A stretch of 64,000 nucleotides of DNA from Candidatus Marinacidobacterales bacterium. Its GTDB lineage: Bacteria; Acidobacteriota; Vicinamibacteria; Marinacidobacterales; DATDRI01. The notes under the pieces were generated by a model. That model was given only the letters and a program-made list of their open reading frames with translations. It was not told where the DNA came from and searched no databases. This document shows positions 51,950 to 62,791 of this stretch, piece by piece (position 1 is the first letter of the stretch; each line of letters opens with the position of its first letter). The position numbers and the translations under genes are program-made. Where the stretch lies: the NCBI GenBank assembly GCA_965226495.1, contig OZ245365.1, positions 6,240,001 to 6,304,000 of the forward strand. The letters are read 5' to 3'.

Positions 51950-53432
51950 TCGCTTCGGCGGGGGGAGTGGATTGAAACTACGCGTTGGCATGAGGATGAC
52001 CTGGTAGGAAGGCGTCTCCCCTCGCTTCGGCGGGGGGAGTGGATTGAAACTTCACCGCTCAGGGCTTTGCCATCACAGGGACGCCGCTGTCTCCCCTCGC
52101 TTCGGCGGGGGGAGTGGATTGAAACCTCGTTGGACGCTCGCTGTAGAACTTGGCTACCGTCTCCCCTCGCTTCGGCGGGGGGAGTGGATTGAAACTCTCA
52201 GAAGGTGGGTTTGAGAGACGTTTACATGGCTCGTCTCCCCTCGCTTCGAGGCGGGGGGAGTGGATTGAAAGCGTCTCGTTCCAGGGGCATCGACCGCGAG
52301 CTCTGGAAGTCTCCGCCTCGCTTCGATGCGGGGGGAGTGGATTGAAACACTCGTCTCTCTTGGCCGCCTTGCGCGCAGCCTCCGTTGCGTCTTGTGTCCC
52401 CTCGCTTCGGCGGGGGGAGTGGATTGAAACACGTTCCCGAGCTCTGGCGAATGAAGAAGCACTGCAGACACGTTCCCGGTCTCCCCTCGCTTCGGCGGGG
52501 GGGAGTGGATTGAAACATTCTGGCCAGCGCGTTGACGAGGTCCTGTGCCCGAGCACCGTCTCCCCTCGCTTCGGCGGGGGGAGTGGATTGAAACGTAGCA
52601 ACTGCTCAACGCCGAGGCCTTCACGGCCGACGAGATGTCTCCCCTCGCTTCGGCGGGGGGAGTGATTGAAAAGGACTGCCTCGGACGGAACGAGATCAGC
52701 TCACGCCCGCCTTCGGTCGTCTCCCCTCGCCTTCGGCGGGGGGAGTGGATTGAAACGTCTTCAGGCGGGCGGCTTGAAAATATTGCCTAGGACGCGATCA
52801 GCGTCTCCCCTCGCTTCGGCGGGGGGAGTGGATTGAAACACGCACTTCGAGCTGCGGAACGGTGTTCGGGGTCGAGCCAGGTCTCCCCTCGCTTCGGCGG
52901 GGGGAGTGGATTGAACGACCATGGAATCCGCAACCTCCGACGATTGCGAGATCACTCCCTCGTCTCGGCGGATCCTCGCTTCGAGCGGGGGGAGTGGATG
53001 AATGCGCCACGTCGCTGTGCAACTTCGTTGCGAGCCACGTCTCCCCTCGCTTCGGCGGCGTTCGCGGGAGTGGATTGAGTTCAAAGAACCGACGTTTCGG
53101 GCCTGTATTATCCCGGAGCCCGGCGTACAGCATGGGTCTCACCTTCGCATCTTCGGCGGGCGAGAGGAGTCCGGATCGAAACTTCTCTTGCTCAACCTGG
53201 ACCATCGTCTGCACCATCCCGTATGTCCTCGCTTCGGCGTGACACCCGAGGGCGACTCGAATCTCTTGGAAAAGCGGATCCTGAGCTGAGTGCCATGGGC
53301 TAACCCGTCGTCCCCTCGCTTCGTTGGTTGGCCACGGCAAGTGCCATTGCAAAACGTGAATACGCGATAAGGCAGATGGCGGACCGTGGCGCCGAAAGTC
53401 GACTCCTTTTGGCGGGGGGAGTGGATTGAAAC
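51950..53432 (+). CRISPR. Orphan CRISPR array, 37-bp repeat GTCTCCCCTCGCTTCGGCGGGGGGAGTGGATTGAAAC, about 13 good and 6 degenerate repeats
   Basis: Regular repeats at 52014, 52089, 52159, 52233, 52309 and onward with unique 33-48-bp spacers; hairpin CTCCCCTCGC-TTCG-GCGGGGGGAG; 3' ATTGAAAC. Confidence 0.95.
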
Positions 53433-53611
53433 TTCTGGCGTGAGCAGTTGTCCCTTCCATAAACTCGAGCTGTATGAGATTGGCGCACCTCCTGCAACCA
53501 GGATGCTTTGGTCGTCTTCATGTAGGACGTTTTAAGAGCCGGCGTCGGCTCTACTCAGGGGTAGAGGTGTAAGCTGGTGCGAAGTCCGGCAGCCGTTCCG
53601 AGCGGACCGGC

Positions 53612-53960
53612 TCAAGCAGCGGCGTGTCGAGTGTAATAATGATGGAGACCACCGACCTTTGGAATGGCTCTCACTTTGCCCATCGCCGGTGACTCTACCC
53701 GGCGAGGCTCAGGCGCGTCCTTCTCAAGCGACAAATGAGTCCGGCACGAATGATAGTAGTCGACGTATTTGCGTAGGATTCGCTTCAGGTGCCGCTCGTC
53801 GAGGACGATCACGTGGTCGAGACACTCACGTCGAATGGAGCCGATTATCCTTTCGACAAATGGATTCTGCCACGGGGAGCGCGGTGCGGTAAGGACCTGC
53901 TCGATCCCGAGACCGTCGACGCGAGTATCGAAGTACGCTCCGTAGGTCTGGTCTCGATCC
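53612..53960 (-). pseudogene. Integrase-core transposase C-terminal fragment
   Basis: [29 protein letters not shown]. Confidence 0.85.
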
Positions 53961-54260
53961 CGTCCTGTGCCAAAACTCGGCCCTTTTGAATAGACCATAA
54001 ATCAGCAGCTTAGTGTCTGTGTTTGCGACCGGGCCAAGGGCCGTAGGCTTTACAATCGTCTGGCCCGAGGGTGTTATCTTCAGATCCATGATGACGTACC
54101 ACGCGCAATTCCTACTGCTCGTTCTAGCTGGCTGGGTCAACCGCCAGCAGCAGGATGTGATCGACTACCAGCAAGAGGAGAACCGCGTCCTGTGCCAAAA
54201 CTCGGCCCTCTTGAAATAGACCACAAATCAGCAGCTTAGACGCCCTTGGAATCCGCCGAC
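53961..54260 (+). mobile_element. Long-TIR IS left-end fragment plus a second nested TIR at 54186
   Basis: Matches 32043-32267. Confidence 0.85.
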
Positions 54261-54356
54261 CCTTGGGCTGCGGGGCGAGCTGCGGGCAGCGGACTGCGCA
54301 CCCGGAAGCCCCTCATTAGACTGGACTTTATCGAGCACAAGAGCGAACGTTCGGTG

Positions 54357-54794
54357 ATGCCGCAGAATACAGGGGTTGGCCGGAACGTCGTTTTGGACGG
54401 TTTGGACTTCGCCAGCTTACGGCGGGTCTGGGAGCAGGCCTTCGGGGCTGCTCCCCCACGCTCGCTCTCTCGCGTTTTCCTGTGCCGTGTTCTGGCGTAC
54501 GAACGCCAGTGCCGGACTCATGGCGGGCTTTCGGCCGCAACCCGGCGCGCTCTGGCCGCCATGGCGAACGGGACGCCAGGCAACGGCGCCGCCGCTCCCG
54601 CAGGGTCCGTTTCTGCCGGCACCCATCTCGTCCGCGAGTGGAATGGCCGGACCTACCAGGTCGAGGTAATCGACAACGGCTATCGGTTCGATGGCAAAAC
54701 CTATCCGTCCCTCACTACCATCGCAAAGCGAATCACCGGCACCCACTGGTCAGGACCACGCTTTTTCGGTCTGACGCCCAAGCGCAAGGCCTAA
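54357..54794 (+). CDS. DUF2924 domain protein
   Basis: GTHLVREWNGRTYQVEV..SLTTIAKRITGTHWSGPRFFGL. Confidence 0.9.
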   Translation: MPQNTGVGRNVVLDGLDFASLRRVWEQAFGAAPPRSLSRVFLCRVLAYERQCRTHGGLSAATRRALAAMANGTPGNGAAAPAGSVSAGTHLVREWNGRTYQVEVIDNGYRFDGKTYPSLTTIAKRITGTHWSGPRFFGLTPKRKA

Positions 54795-54795
54795 C

Positions 54796-56457
54796 ATGAA
54801 GAAGATCCGCTGTGCCATCTATACGCGAAAGAGCGCGGAAGAGGGTCTCGAACAGGAGTTCAACTCCCTCGATGCGCAGCGAGAAGCCTGCGCCGCGTAT
54901 GTCGCGAGCCAGAAAGCGGAGGGCTGGGTGCTGCTGCCAACCGTCTACGAGGACGCGGGGCTCTCGGGAGGAACCCTGGAGCGCCCGGGCCTGCAGCGCT
55001 TGCTCGACGACATCGATGCCGGTCTCGTCGACCGGATTGTGGTCTACAAGGTCGACCGGCTGACCCGTTCCCTCTCCGACTTTGCGAAGCTCGTCGACCG
55101 GCTCGACGCGGCCAGCACCGGGTTTGTCTCGGTGACCCAGTCCTTCAACACCGCGACCAGCATGGGACGACTGACGCTGCATATGCTGCTGTCCTTCGCA
55201 CAATTCGAACGGGAGGTCACGGCCGAGCGGATCCGCGATAAGGTCGCTGCCTCCAAGCGCAAGGGACTATGGATGGGCGGCCGCGTACCGCTCGGCTATG
55301 AGAAGGACGAGCGCACGCTGCGCATCAACGAGGCTGAGGCCGAAACGGTCCGGACGCTCTATGCGCTGTACCGGAAGCACGGAACGCTCCGGCAGGTGAA
55401 GGCCGAGGCGGACCGTCTGAGACTGCGCACCAAGCAACGCTTCGCCGCGGATGGAACCCGGACAGGCGGGCTGCCGTTCCGTCGCGGACACCTCCACTGC
55501 CTGCTGACCAATCCTCTCTACGCCGGCCGCATCCGGCACCAGAGGCGTGTCTACGAGGGCCAGCATCCATCGATCATTGCTCCGGAGCTCTGGGACGCGG
55601 TCCAGGCGCAGCTGCAGGCAGGGGCTGCCAAACCAAGGAGACGCACGACGAAGGGCCGTGCAGCCCGTTCCCCACTGGCAGGCAAGCTCTTCGACGAGAC
55701 CGGGGACCGGCTGACGCCGAGCCACACCAAAAAGAAAAACGGGCAACGGCTCCGCTACTACGTCTCCCGGCGCCTCATCCAGCACAGTGGCCAAAAGGAC
55801 CTCTCCGGCTGGCGACTGCCCGCCCCGATGCTGGAACAGACCGTCGTGCATCTCATCCGACAGCATGTGGATGCCACGACCTTCTCGGCCTCGTTGATCC
55901 ACACTCCGACGATGCAAGAGCTCGCCTCGGTGCGTCGCTTTTTAGACGGGCTGTGTTCCGGTAGTAATGATGATAGTGCCTCGGCAGCCCCCCTGCTCCG
56001 TCTTATCCGGCGGGTCGATATCAGCCCCGGCTCTGTGTCCATCCTGCTCGACCGCAATGCGTTCGCTGCTTGCCTCTCTATGGGACCCGACCGCATTCGC
56101 GAGGATGCACTCCGCATCCTCGCACCGTTCCGCTTGCGTCGACGCGGCGTCGAGACCAAGCTCGTTCTGGGCAACCCCACGAAATCCGTCGACCGCACAC
56201 TCCTGCGCAATATCGCCAACGCCCTCTCCTGGCTCGACCGAATCAAAGCAGGCAAAACCTATGAGCAGATTGCCACCGAAGACGCCATCCCAACGGACCG
56301 CGTGCGCAAGGCAATCCGTTATGCCTTCCTGGCTCCCGACATCGTCCGCGCCATTGTCGAAGGCCGCCAGCCCGTTGGGCTGACCTCGAGCTACCTCTTG
56401 CATCATCCGCTTCCCGACGATTGGGAGAAACAGCGAGTGCTCGTCAAAACGCTGTGA
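54796..56457 (+). CDS. Large serine recombinase
   Basis: CAIYTRKS, SLDAQRE, YKVDRLTRS, FAQFERE, WMGGRVPLGY. Confidence 0.93.
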   Translation: MKKIRCAIYTRKSAEEGLEQEFNSLDAQREACAAYVASQKAEGWVLLPTVYEDAGLSGGTLERPGLQRLLDDIDAGLVDRIVVYKVDRLTRSLSDFAKLVDRLDAASTGFVSVTQSFNTATSMGRLTLHMLLSFAQFEREVTAERIRDKVAASKRKGLWMGGRVPLGYEKDERTLRINEAEAETVRTLYALYRKHGTLRQVKAEADRLRLRTKQRFAADGTRTGGLPFRRGHLHCLLTNPLYAGRIRHQRRVYEGQHPSIIAPELWDAVQAQLQAGAAKPRRRTTKGRAARSPLAGKLFDETGDRLTPSHTKKKNGQRLRYYVSRRLIQHSGQKDLSGWRLPAPMLEQTVVHLIRQHVDATTFSASLIHTPTMQELASVRRFLDGLCSGSNDDSASAAPLLRLIRRVDISPGSVSILLDRNAFAACLSMGPDRIREDALRILAPFRLRRRGVETKLVLGNPTKSVDRTLLRNIANALSWLDRIKAGKTYEQIATEDAIPTDRVRKAIRYAFLAPDIVRAIVEGRQPVGLTSSYLLHHPLPDDWEKQRVLVKTL

Positions 56458-57721
56458 GCCTGCCAGCGCCCACTTCGTGAATGGGCTCGGTTAGCAGCAA
56501 GCTGCTCTCCGACACTGGCCTCCACCAATCAGCCTCAAACTGGCCCAAATTCCCTGTCATGGTTTCCAGACTCGGATAGCTCCTTGTACTGGACCGTCTG
56601 CGGAGTCATCTTCGTTTCCTCCGTAAAACTCCGCTGGATGAATTCGAGGTTTGGCCAATTCGAATTCCGCTATTCGCCTTCTCCTCAGGCGCGATCTAGG
56701 CGTAGAGCGTCTTCTCATTGTCTGCGCGATTAAGTGGAAAAACGACACGATAAGCCCCAAAATCGCCCCAAATTGCACGCTAAGGCCTGTTTTGCTCTGT
56801 TTCTGATCGTTTCCAGCCAAGAATCGGAAGCTCCACTCGAGCCTCCCGACTGCGATAGCCGGAAAGATGTTCCCGTCGACGAACATTCGCTGATGAGACG
56901 TAAAGCCTTTTGCGACAATGAGTAACGGTCGGAGCCGCCTCCGGAGGGTTTACGACACGGCCCTCTTTCAAGCGTCCAGGAGGTTGAGATTGCCGTATAG
57001 AAAATTTGATTGAAGCAATTCGATTCCGGCTCGAACGACCACCCGTCGATAATGCGTGCGGGGACCAGCACGTGACAGAGGCCGTTAAATCACTGTAGGG
57101 GAAGAGGATGGAACGAAATTGGCATCATGGTTGAAACCCGAGAGGGCGTAAAACAGCCTTTTCGCAAAACCTGTGTACGCGTCAAAAAAGTCAATAAATG
57201 CGCGAAACTCGAAACCTCCTGAATCTCCACTGGCTTTTCTGTTTGAGGATTTCCGCCAAAAGCTGGACCACCTTTTGCCGAGACCGGATAGCTCCAAACT
57301 GCACCATCCGCCACCCAGTCTTGCAAATTGTGGCACTGCAGAGACGGGTGAGATTTTCCGCGCGGTTGGCGGGGTTTTGCAGGGTGGGTGTCACCAGAGA
57401 CGCGCTAGAAGGGCTGAAGAGGCCTCATTTTCGGTTTTGGTCTCTAATCTCGATTTTCGAGTGCCACGTTTGCGCCAAAGGGGGGGAGCGGGTCGCTGAC
57501 AGGGCCGTGCAGCGTCGGAAAAGAGGCCGCCCGAGGGGTCCAGAATCAAGGCCAGGGCTACCGCGGCGTAGCCGGCTAGCACGTTCTGGTCCAGGTCTCC
57601 GCCCGGGAGCGTGGCATCCCGTTGCTGGACGGTGTTTTCGCTGCGCGTACGGGGAACCCGAATCGCCGACATCGCCTCCGACACGCCCCAGATCTGGGGC
57701 TCGCCATGGGTCGATGACGAT

Positions 57722-57773
57722 CGAAACGGCCCGGCGCGCCAGTCTTGAGTTCGTTTGTGTTTTTGGACAGGAC
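57722..57773 (-). mobile_element. Solo CGTCCTGTCCAAAAAC end
   Basis: Reverse complement of 17201-17250. Confidence 0.8.
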
Positions 57774-58079
57774 GGGCACTCCCAAAGGAAACGGGGAGAA
57801 ACAGATAGGCCGCGCCTACGGAGCACCGCGCCAGCCCTCGACCCTACCGGGTTCGCTGGCAATCAGCCAATCCCCAAGCTCGGCGCTCATGACGCAGCTT
57901 GATGGTCTTGACGACGTTCATGCTCGGTGCGACCCGATTGGGTACGAACTTCTCTTCGGAGAAACGGTTCTTCACTTGGACCCTCCCACTGGAGCTTCAG
58001 TCTATGCGACTTCCTTCAGCTGTGTTTGGGGCAGTTTTTGGCGGGCACACCACGGGCATCGCCTCGATGAAACGAGATG

Positions 58080-58841
58080 TCATCCCTGGTCTTTTTTGAA
58101 ATGATTCGCTCGATGCCATGCGAGCCGTTTCCGGTGCTCTTCTGTCAAGGGAATGGGATGATGCCAGCGCAGCTCGGTTCGTGCCGGCTCGCTCAGGGCA
58201 GGCGAGAACTCTGGTCTCCCATCGTCATCGAAGGTTACCAATCCCCTGTCAAAGGCCGCGTCCCAAAGCGCTGAGAGAAGCAGGCCGTTGTGGACGTTCA
58301 ACCGTTCGGCATCGTCGGGGCAGTCCTTCCACGGAATGATGTGCGAGGCGCGCAGCAAGTCTCGGTCCGTGATTCCGGTCAAGGGGCAGCAGCCTTGCCA
58401 GTAGGTCAGCAGACGGTCGCGAAAGATGTCTTGGCCAATGCGCTGAACGACGAGGCGCTCGGCCTCGGTGGTCTTCGGCAGGTTGCGGGTTGCGGCGCGG
58501 AAGTCTTCGAGCGGGGCTTCGGGCAACGCTACGCCAAGGGCATAGACCTTGGGCAACACCGCATAGAGTTCGGTTAGCGTGGCGAAGGTATAGCGGGCAA
58601 GACCGGGACCGGGCATGTCGGCGCGTGGATGCTCCAGTTCCTCGACGACGCCCGTGTGGTCGAGAGCGAGGAACCAGGGACCGGAAGGCCCCGTCGCGGA
58701 GAGGTAGATGGTCCCCTTCGCAGTCGTGGAGCCGTATCGTGCCCAGCCGGTCTTCTCTTTCATAGGGCGGCGATAGCCGTTCTGCCAAGCGGCCTTCCGG
58801 CATTCCTCAGCGACGACGAAGCCTTGAGGTATTTCGATCAC
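58080..58841 (-). CDS. HNH endonuclease
   Basis: QRIGQDIFR..CPLTG..LRASHIIPW..NGLLL..DAAFDRG; GTGA-coupled to the MTase stop. Confidence 0.88.
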   Translation of the reverse strand: MIEIPQGFVVAEECRKAAWQNGYRRPMKEKTGWARYGSTTAKGTIYLSATGPSGPWFLALDHTGVVEELEHPRADMPGPGLARYTFATLTELYAVLPKVYALGVALPEAPLEDFRAATRNLPKTTEAERLVVQRIGQDIFRDRLLTYWQGCCPLTGITDRDLLRASHIIPWKDCPDDAERLNVHNGLLLSALWDAAFDRGLVTFDDDGRPEFSPALSEPARTELRWHHPIPLTEEHRKRLAWHRANHFKKDQG

Positions 58842-61800
58842 AAATCGAGTTCCGTGAATTGGCCACTCGCCTCCATCCGGTCCCACGCGGCGAGGACGAG
58901 GCGGTGGGTGCGGTATTCGCCGTATTGGCGGACTTCCTTTTCCTTGAGTACACGGAAGGTTTCCGAGGGATAGTCGGGGCCCTTCACGTCGGTGGGGTCG
59001 AGGATGTAGCGCAGCTCGTCGCGGGTCAGGCCGTAGGCGCGAGCGTAGAAGGCGTCGAGATCGGCGCGCAAGTAAGGACGGCGTTCCTCATCCCAGGCGA
59101 AGGGGGCGCCGTCATAGCCGAGGTCGCGGGCGAAGGAAGTCAGTGCGTGTGAGGTGTAGGTGAGTTCCAGAACCTTTGGAACAAGAAAAGACGGCGCTCG
59201 GTGTAGAAGGTTGGGAGGGAGAAGCGTAATTGCGGTAGTGAAGAACTTTAAAGTCGCCCCCAACTTTATGCCGTGCAATGAAAGTCCACAAGCGAGTTTA
59301 GGTTCGCAGTCAGCCCGCCAATGATCTTGAGGTACAGTGGTCCAAAGAGCATCAATGGGAAACTTGTCGTTGACCCCCACTCTCGGAAACACCGCAATCA
59401 CTGTCCGCTCGTCGGTCGCCCGCGCGATATCACGCCACCCCATCAACCAGCCTCGGGACCAGCCTTTGGCAATGAGGCGCTCGTTCACTTCAGTATCCGG
59501 CACCCAATAACGGGGGGCGGGCTCGCAGGTCGGACGCTGCTTTTCCGTCTGGCCAAGGTTGGCCGAGCTTTCGCCGTCCTCGGCATAGCCCGCCCAGCGA
59601 TGGTCGAATTGATGGATCATCTTCGCCTCGTAGAGCGGTACATAGCGCATGGCGCGAGGCCCACCGTCCAAAAGCGGCAGGTTGCCGCCATCGGCCCCTC
59701 TAACCGCCAGCCCGCCTTGTGAAGGGCGCTGGTCGGAGCAGATCCAATCGGCGCCTTCGCGCACGGACCCGGCTTCCGTCAGCTCTCGCGCCGTGCGGAA
59801 CAGGGCTGAGTCGGAGGTCATGTTGAACAGGCCCTGTCGAAACTCGATCCCCCACGGGTTGCCTTCCCGCCCCTTGCCCTCCTCGATCAGTATCGGGGCG
59901 TTGGCGTAGATCTTTGCGGTCAGTTCCGCATCGGCACGAGAGCGGAAGACAGGTGCTGTACGGGTGTTGGGGTTGATCGCCGCGATCTGCTGGGAGCTCA
60001 GGGTAAAGTTTCGCTCCGTTTCGGCCAGTTGCGCGGGGTCGGTCAGGAAGAAAGCAAATCGGGCGGCGCCTTCGTTCCGTCCAAGAGTCAGAAGGCAGAA
60101 CTTGATCCTGCGATCTACGCTACCAAACAAAGGTGCGCTATTCTCGAAATCCACCAGTTGTGAGAGCCGCCGCTCTTCGACCAACGCGGCGAAGAATGCC
60201 GCGGTGGTGGCATCGGTGGCGATTCCCGTCGGCACGATCACCCCGGCGCGATCGCGCGTGAGATCAGCGAACAGTTCCGCAAACAGGGAATAGGTGTTCA
60301 CCTTCCCCCTTGCAGTCAGCTCAAAACGGCCCGATCCTCGAGCAAACTGATTTCCAGCGTCGAACAAGCGCTTGGCGGCAACGAAATCGCGGAACGCCGC
60401 CGGAGCGATGTGTTCAAGCTGGTCGATGGCTTCCTTGCGGGCTGCACCGGCAAGTGCGGCAATCTCGGGATGTGAAGCAGCAAAATATTCCTTCTCCGAA
60501 AGTTGCATTACCTCCCACGGTGGGTTGCCCAGCACGACATCGAAGCCGCCACGCCCCATGATGTCAAGAAATTCCAGCGGCCAGTGGAAGGCCCGTGCGT
60601 GACGGGCGGCCTCGGGTGCTCCCGTCATGGATTGCCGAATCGTGCCTTGGCTCAAGGCCAGCCAGACTTCGTCGGTCGTGGGCACGGTGCCTGCCTTGGT
60701 GCTCAAGGGTGTGCCCCCGGTCTTTGGCAGAAGGAAGGCCCCGACATAGAGGTCTCCCGCAGCCCGCGCGCGAGCAAATGCCTCCTTCTCACGCAGTTCT
60801 TGAAAACGGGTGGCCTTCACACCGATTTGCTCGACCGTGTCTTCGGGGAGATTGCGGAAGCCCGAAAAATCCCCCGCCAGCGGCTTTATCGCAGGCAGTA
60901 CCGCTTGGCCCGTGCTGAAGTCGAACTCGCCTTGGCCTGCCGTCGCGTCGCGGTTCGCTCTGAGGTAGTACTTCGCGGTGACCTTGTCATCTCCGGTCAA
61001 CGGCTTGTAGGCGGCATCGGGAATGCCGTCCTCGAGAACTTTTAGATCAAAGATACCCAGCAGCGCATCACCGCAACGGATCTGCGCGTCGAAGAAGCCG
61101 AGGGGCAGACCCGGGTCCACCGTCTCGATCCAGAGCGCTACCTTGGTGAGCTCTACGGCCATGGGATTGCGGTCCACCCCGTGGATGCAGCATCGCGCGA
61201 CATCGCGGAGCGCATGGCGGAAGTCGGCGAGCGAAGGCGTGCCTTCGGCCCGGATGCGAGCGAGTCGTGTGGCGATGCGCCTTGCCGCCGCCAGAAGGAA
61301 GTGGCCCGAGCCACAGGCTGGGTCGATCACAGAAAGCCTGAGCAACGCTTTCGCCGGATCCTTCGCCTCGGCTTCGGTCCGGTCGAGCACGGGGTCGAGC
61401 GCAGTGTCGAGGAGTGCTTGAACGAGGCTGTCTGGGGTGTAGTAGGAGCCGGTAGTTTTGCGCTGATTGCCCTTCTGCTCCGAGACATCGGAAGCAAAGA
61501 CCAGCGCACGGCCGTCATCCGTGAGCTGCGGCTGGAGTTCGAGGAGAGATTCGTAAACCGAGCCCAGCTCTTCGGTTTCCATCGCCCGCCAGTTGACCGG
61601 CACCATACCGGTGTGGTCGGAAAGCCAGGAGAGTCGATAGACGGCCTCCATGAAGGCGCTGTTCTGCAGGCGGGCAGAGGCTAGATGCGGCAACTGGTCG
61701 GCTCCGAAGAGGCCGCCGAGGGCAGGAAGCGCGAGCGCGTCTTCGCCAGTCGCGAGTGCACGGAAGACCACCTTCATGCCCTCGTAGCGGTCATAGTGGC

Positions 61801-62788
61801 GGTCCCACGTCGCACCGCGCACGCAGTGCGCCCTGAGCATCGCAAGACCATAGCCGTCGATATAGAGCGTTCGAGCATCCCTCTTGGCGTTGGTGGGATG
61901 GAGAAGATTCCGGTCCTCGGCCACCATCAAGAAGATGAGTCGGTAGACGAGGCGCAGGAGCTCGTTGAACCAGACCGTCAACGATAGCGCGCCTGACTGA
62001 AGCCGTGCGGCGAGGCTTGGGTTTACGTCGAGGAAGCTCGAGCCAAGAACGCGGAGGGCGACCTCGACCTGGCCCGCCAGCCGGTCCCTTGCAGCCTCTC
62101 CTTCGCGCGCACCGGCTTCCCGCCAACGTTCAAGGGCGCAGTCGGTGGCGGGGGTTCCCGCCTCCCCGAAGCGGGAACGGTGAATGAGAAGCCAGAGCGC
62201 CGCGAAGGAGGCCGCGTCCTCGTTGGTGAAGATCTGGCTGAGGTCGGCCTCGATATGGGCGGGCCGAGTGAGCGAGGCATTGTCGCGCAGCAGGCGAAGA
62301 TGAACGCCGTTGGTGGCAAGGCCCCAGAGCGCCTCATCATGCTCATTCAGATAGTCCTGAAGCGCAAACATGGGGGAACGCGACCTGTCGGTCGAGAGGG
62401 TTGGGCTGCGCCTTTCGAGGGACTCCGACGGGGGCACGACGATGACCGGCACGCGGCGGTCTCCGGCGATGCAGGTGACGATTCCCGATGTGTCCGTGAG
62501 ATCGGCGAATCCGAAGGTTTCCTTCAGGAAGTCATACGCGAAGCGGCTGGTCGCTTCTGCCGACGGCGTGTTTACTTTCGTGAACGCATCGAAGTGTGCC
62601 TGTCCGACGCGGAAAGCGAGGGGAATTTCCTCCCTGATGGTGAGTCCCTTGCGAACCTCGTAATCGTCTTCGGTCTGCTCCGCGGCCTCACGGCGGTCGA
62701 TTTTCGCGACCATTGCCGGAGCAATCAGATTCCCCTCGAGCGAAAGCGCCGGCCAAGCGGACATATCGGTGACTTGCTTGCGCGCCAT
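58838..62788 (-). CDS. Eco57I-like N6-adenine DNA methyltransferase (type IIG / DrmMI-like)
   Basis: EELGSVYESLLE, RKTTGSYYTP, DPACGSGHFL, GNPPW. Confidence 0.92.
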   Translation of the reverse strand: MARKQVTDMSAWPALSLEGNLIAPAMVAKIDRREAAEQTEDDYEVRKGLTIREEIPLAFRVGQAHFDAFTKVNTPSAEATSRFAYDFLKETFGFADLTDTSGIVTCIAGDRRVPVIVVPPSESLERRSPTLSTDRSRSPMFALQDYLNEHDEALWGLATNGVHLRLLRDNASLTRPAHIEADLSQIFTNEDAASFAALWLLIHRSRFGEAGTPATDCALERWREAGAREGEAARDRLAGQVEVALRVLGSSFLDVNPSLAARLQSGALSLTVWFNELLRLVYRLIFLMVAEDRNLLHPTNAKRDARTLYIDGYGLAMLRAHCVRGATWDRHYDRYEGMKVVFRALATGEDALALPALGGLFGADQLPHLASARLQNSAFMEAVYRLSWLSDHTGMVPVNWRAMETEELGSVYESLLELQPQLTDDGRALVFASDVSEQKGNQRKTTGSYYTPDSLVQALLDTALDPVLDRTEAEAKDPAKALLRLSVIDPACGSGHFLLAAARRIATRLARIRAEGTPSLADFRHALRDVARCCIHGVDRNPMAVELTKVALWIETVDPGLPLGFFDAQIRCGDALLGIFDLKVLEDGIPDAAYKPLTGDDKVTAKYYLRANRDATAGQGEFDFSTGQAVLPAIKPLAGDFSGFRNLPEDTVEQIGVKATRFQELREKEAFARARAAGDLYVGAFLLPKTGGTPLSTKAGTVPTTDEVWLALSQGTIRQSMTGAPEAARHARAFHWPLEFLDIMGRGGFDVVLGNPPWEVMQLSEKEYFAASHPEIAALAGAARKEAIDQLEHIAPAAFRDFVAAKRLFDAGNQFARGSGRFELTARGKVNTYSLFAELFADLTRDRAGVIVPTGIATDATTAAFFAALVEERRLSQLVDFENSAPLFGSVDRRIKFCLLTLGRNEGAARFAFFLTDPAQLAETERNFTLSSQQIAAINPNTRTAPVFRSRADAELTAKIYANAPILIEEGKGREGNPWGIEFRQGLFNMTSDSALFRTARELTEAGSVREGADWICSDQRPSQGGLAVRGADGGNLPLLDGGPRAMRYVPLYEAKMIHQFDHRWAGYAEDGESSANLGQTEKQRPTCEPAPRYWVPDTEVNERLIAKGWSRGWLMGWRDIARATDERTVIAVFPRVGVNDKFPIDALWTTVPQDHWRADCEPKLACGLSLHGIKLGATLKFFTTAITLLPPNLLHRAPSFLVPKVLELTYTSHALTSFARDLGYDGAPFAWDEERRPYLRADLDAFYARAYGLTRDELRYILDPTDVKGPDYPSETFRVLKEKEVRQYGEYRTHRLVLAAWDRMEASGQFTELDL

Positions 62789-62791
62789 GGC

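Noticed and set aside
52517-52557. Spacer containing GTCCTGTGCC, which matches the abundant IS TIR (possible self-targeting)
   Set aside because: Only 10 nt match and the flanks disagree; compatible with chance.
50592-53432. Transposase next to CRISPR as a CAST or other RNA-guided system
   Set aside because: The IS256 interrupts a repeat, and no cas, tniQ/tnsC or tnpB gene is visible.
52059-53460. ORFs with FNPLPPPKRGE / FQSTPPAEARG repeats
   Set aside because: These are translations of the CRISPR repeats.
56557-57400. Lower-GC short minus-strand ORFs as a defence gene
   Set aside because: Fragmented across frames with no recognisable family.
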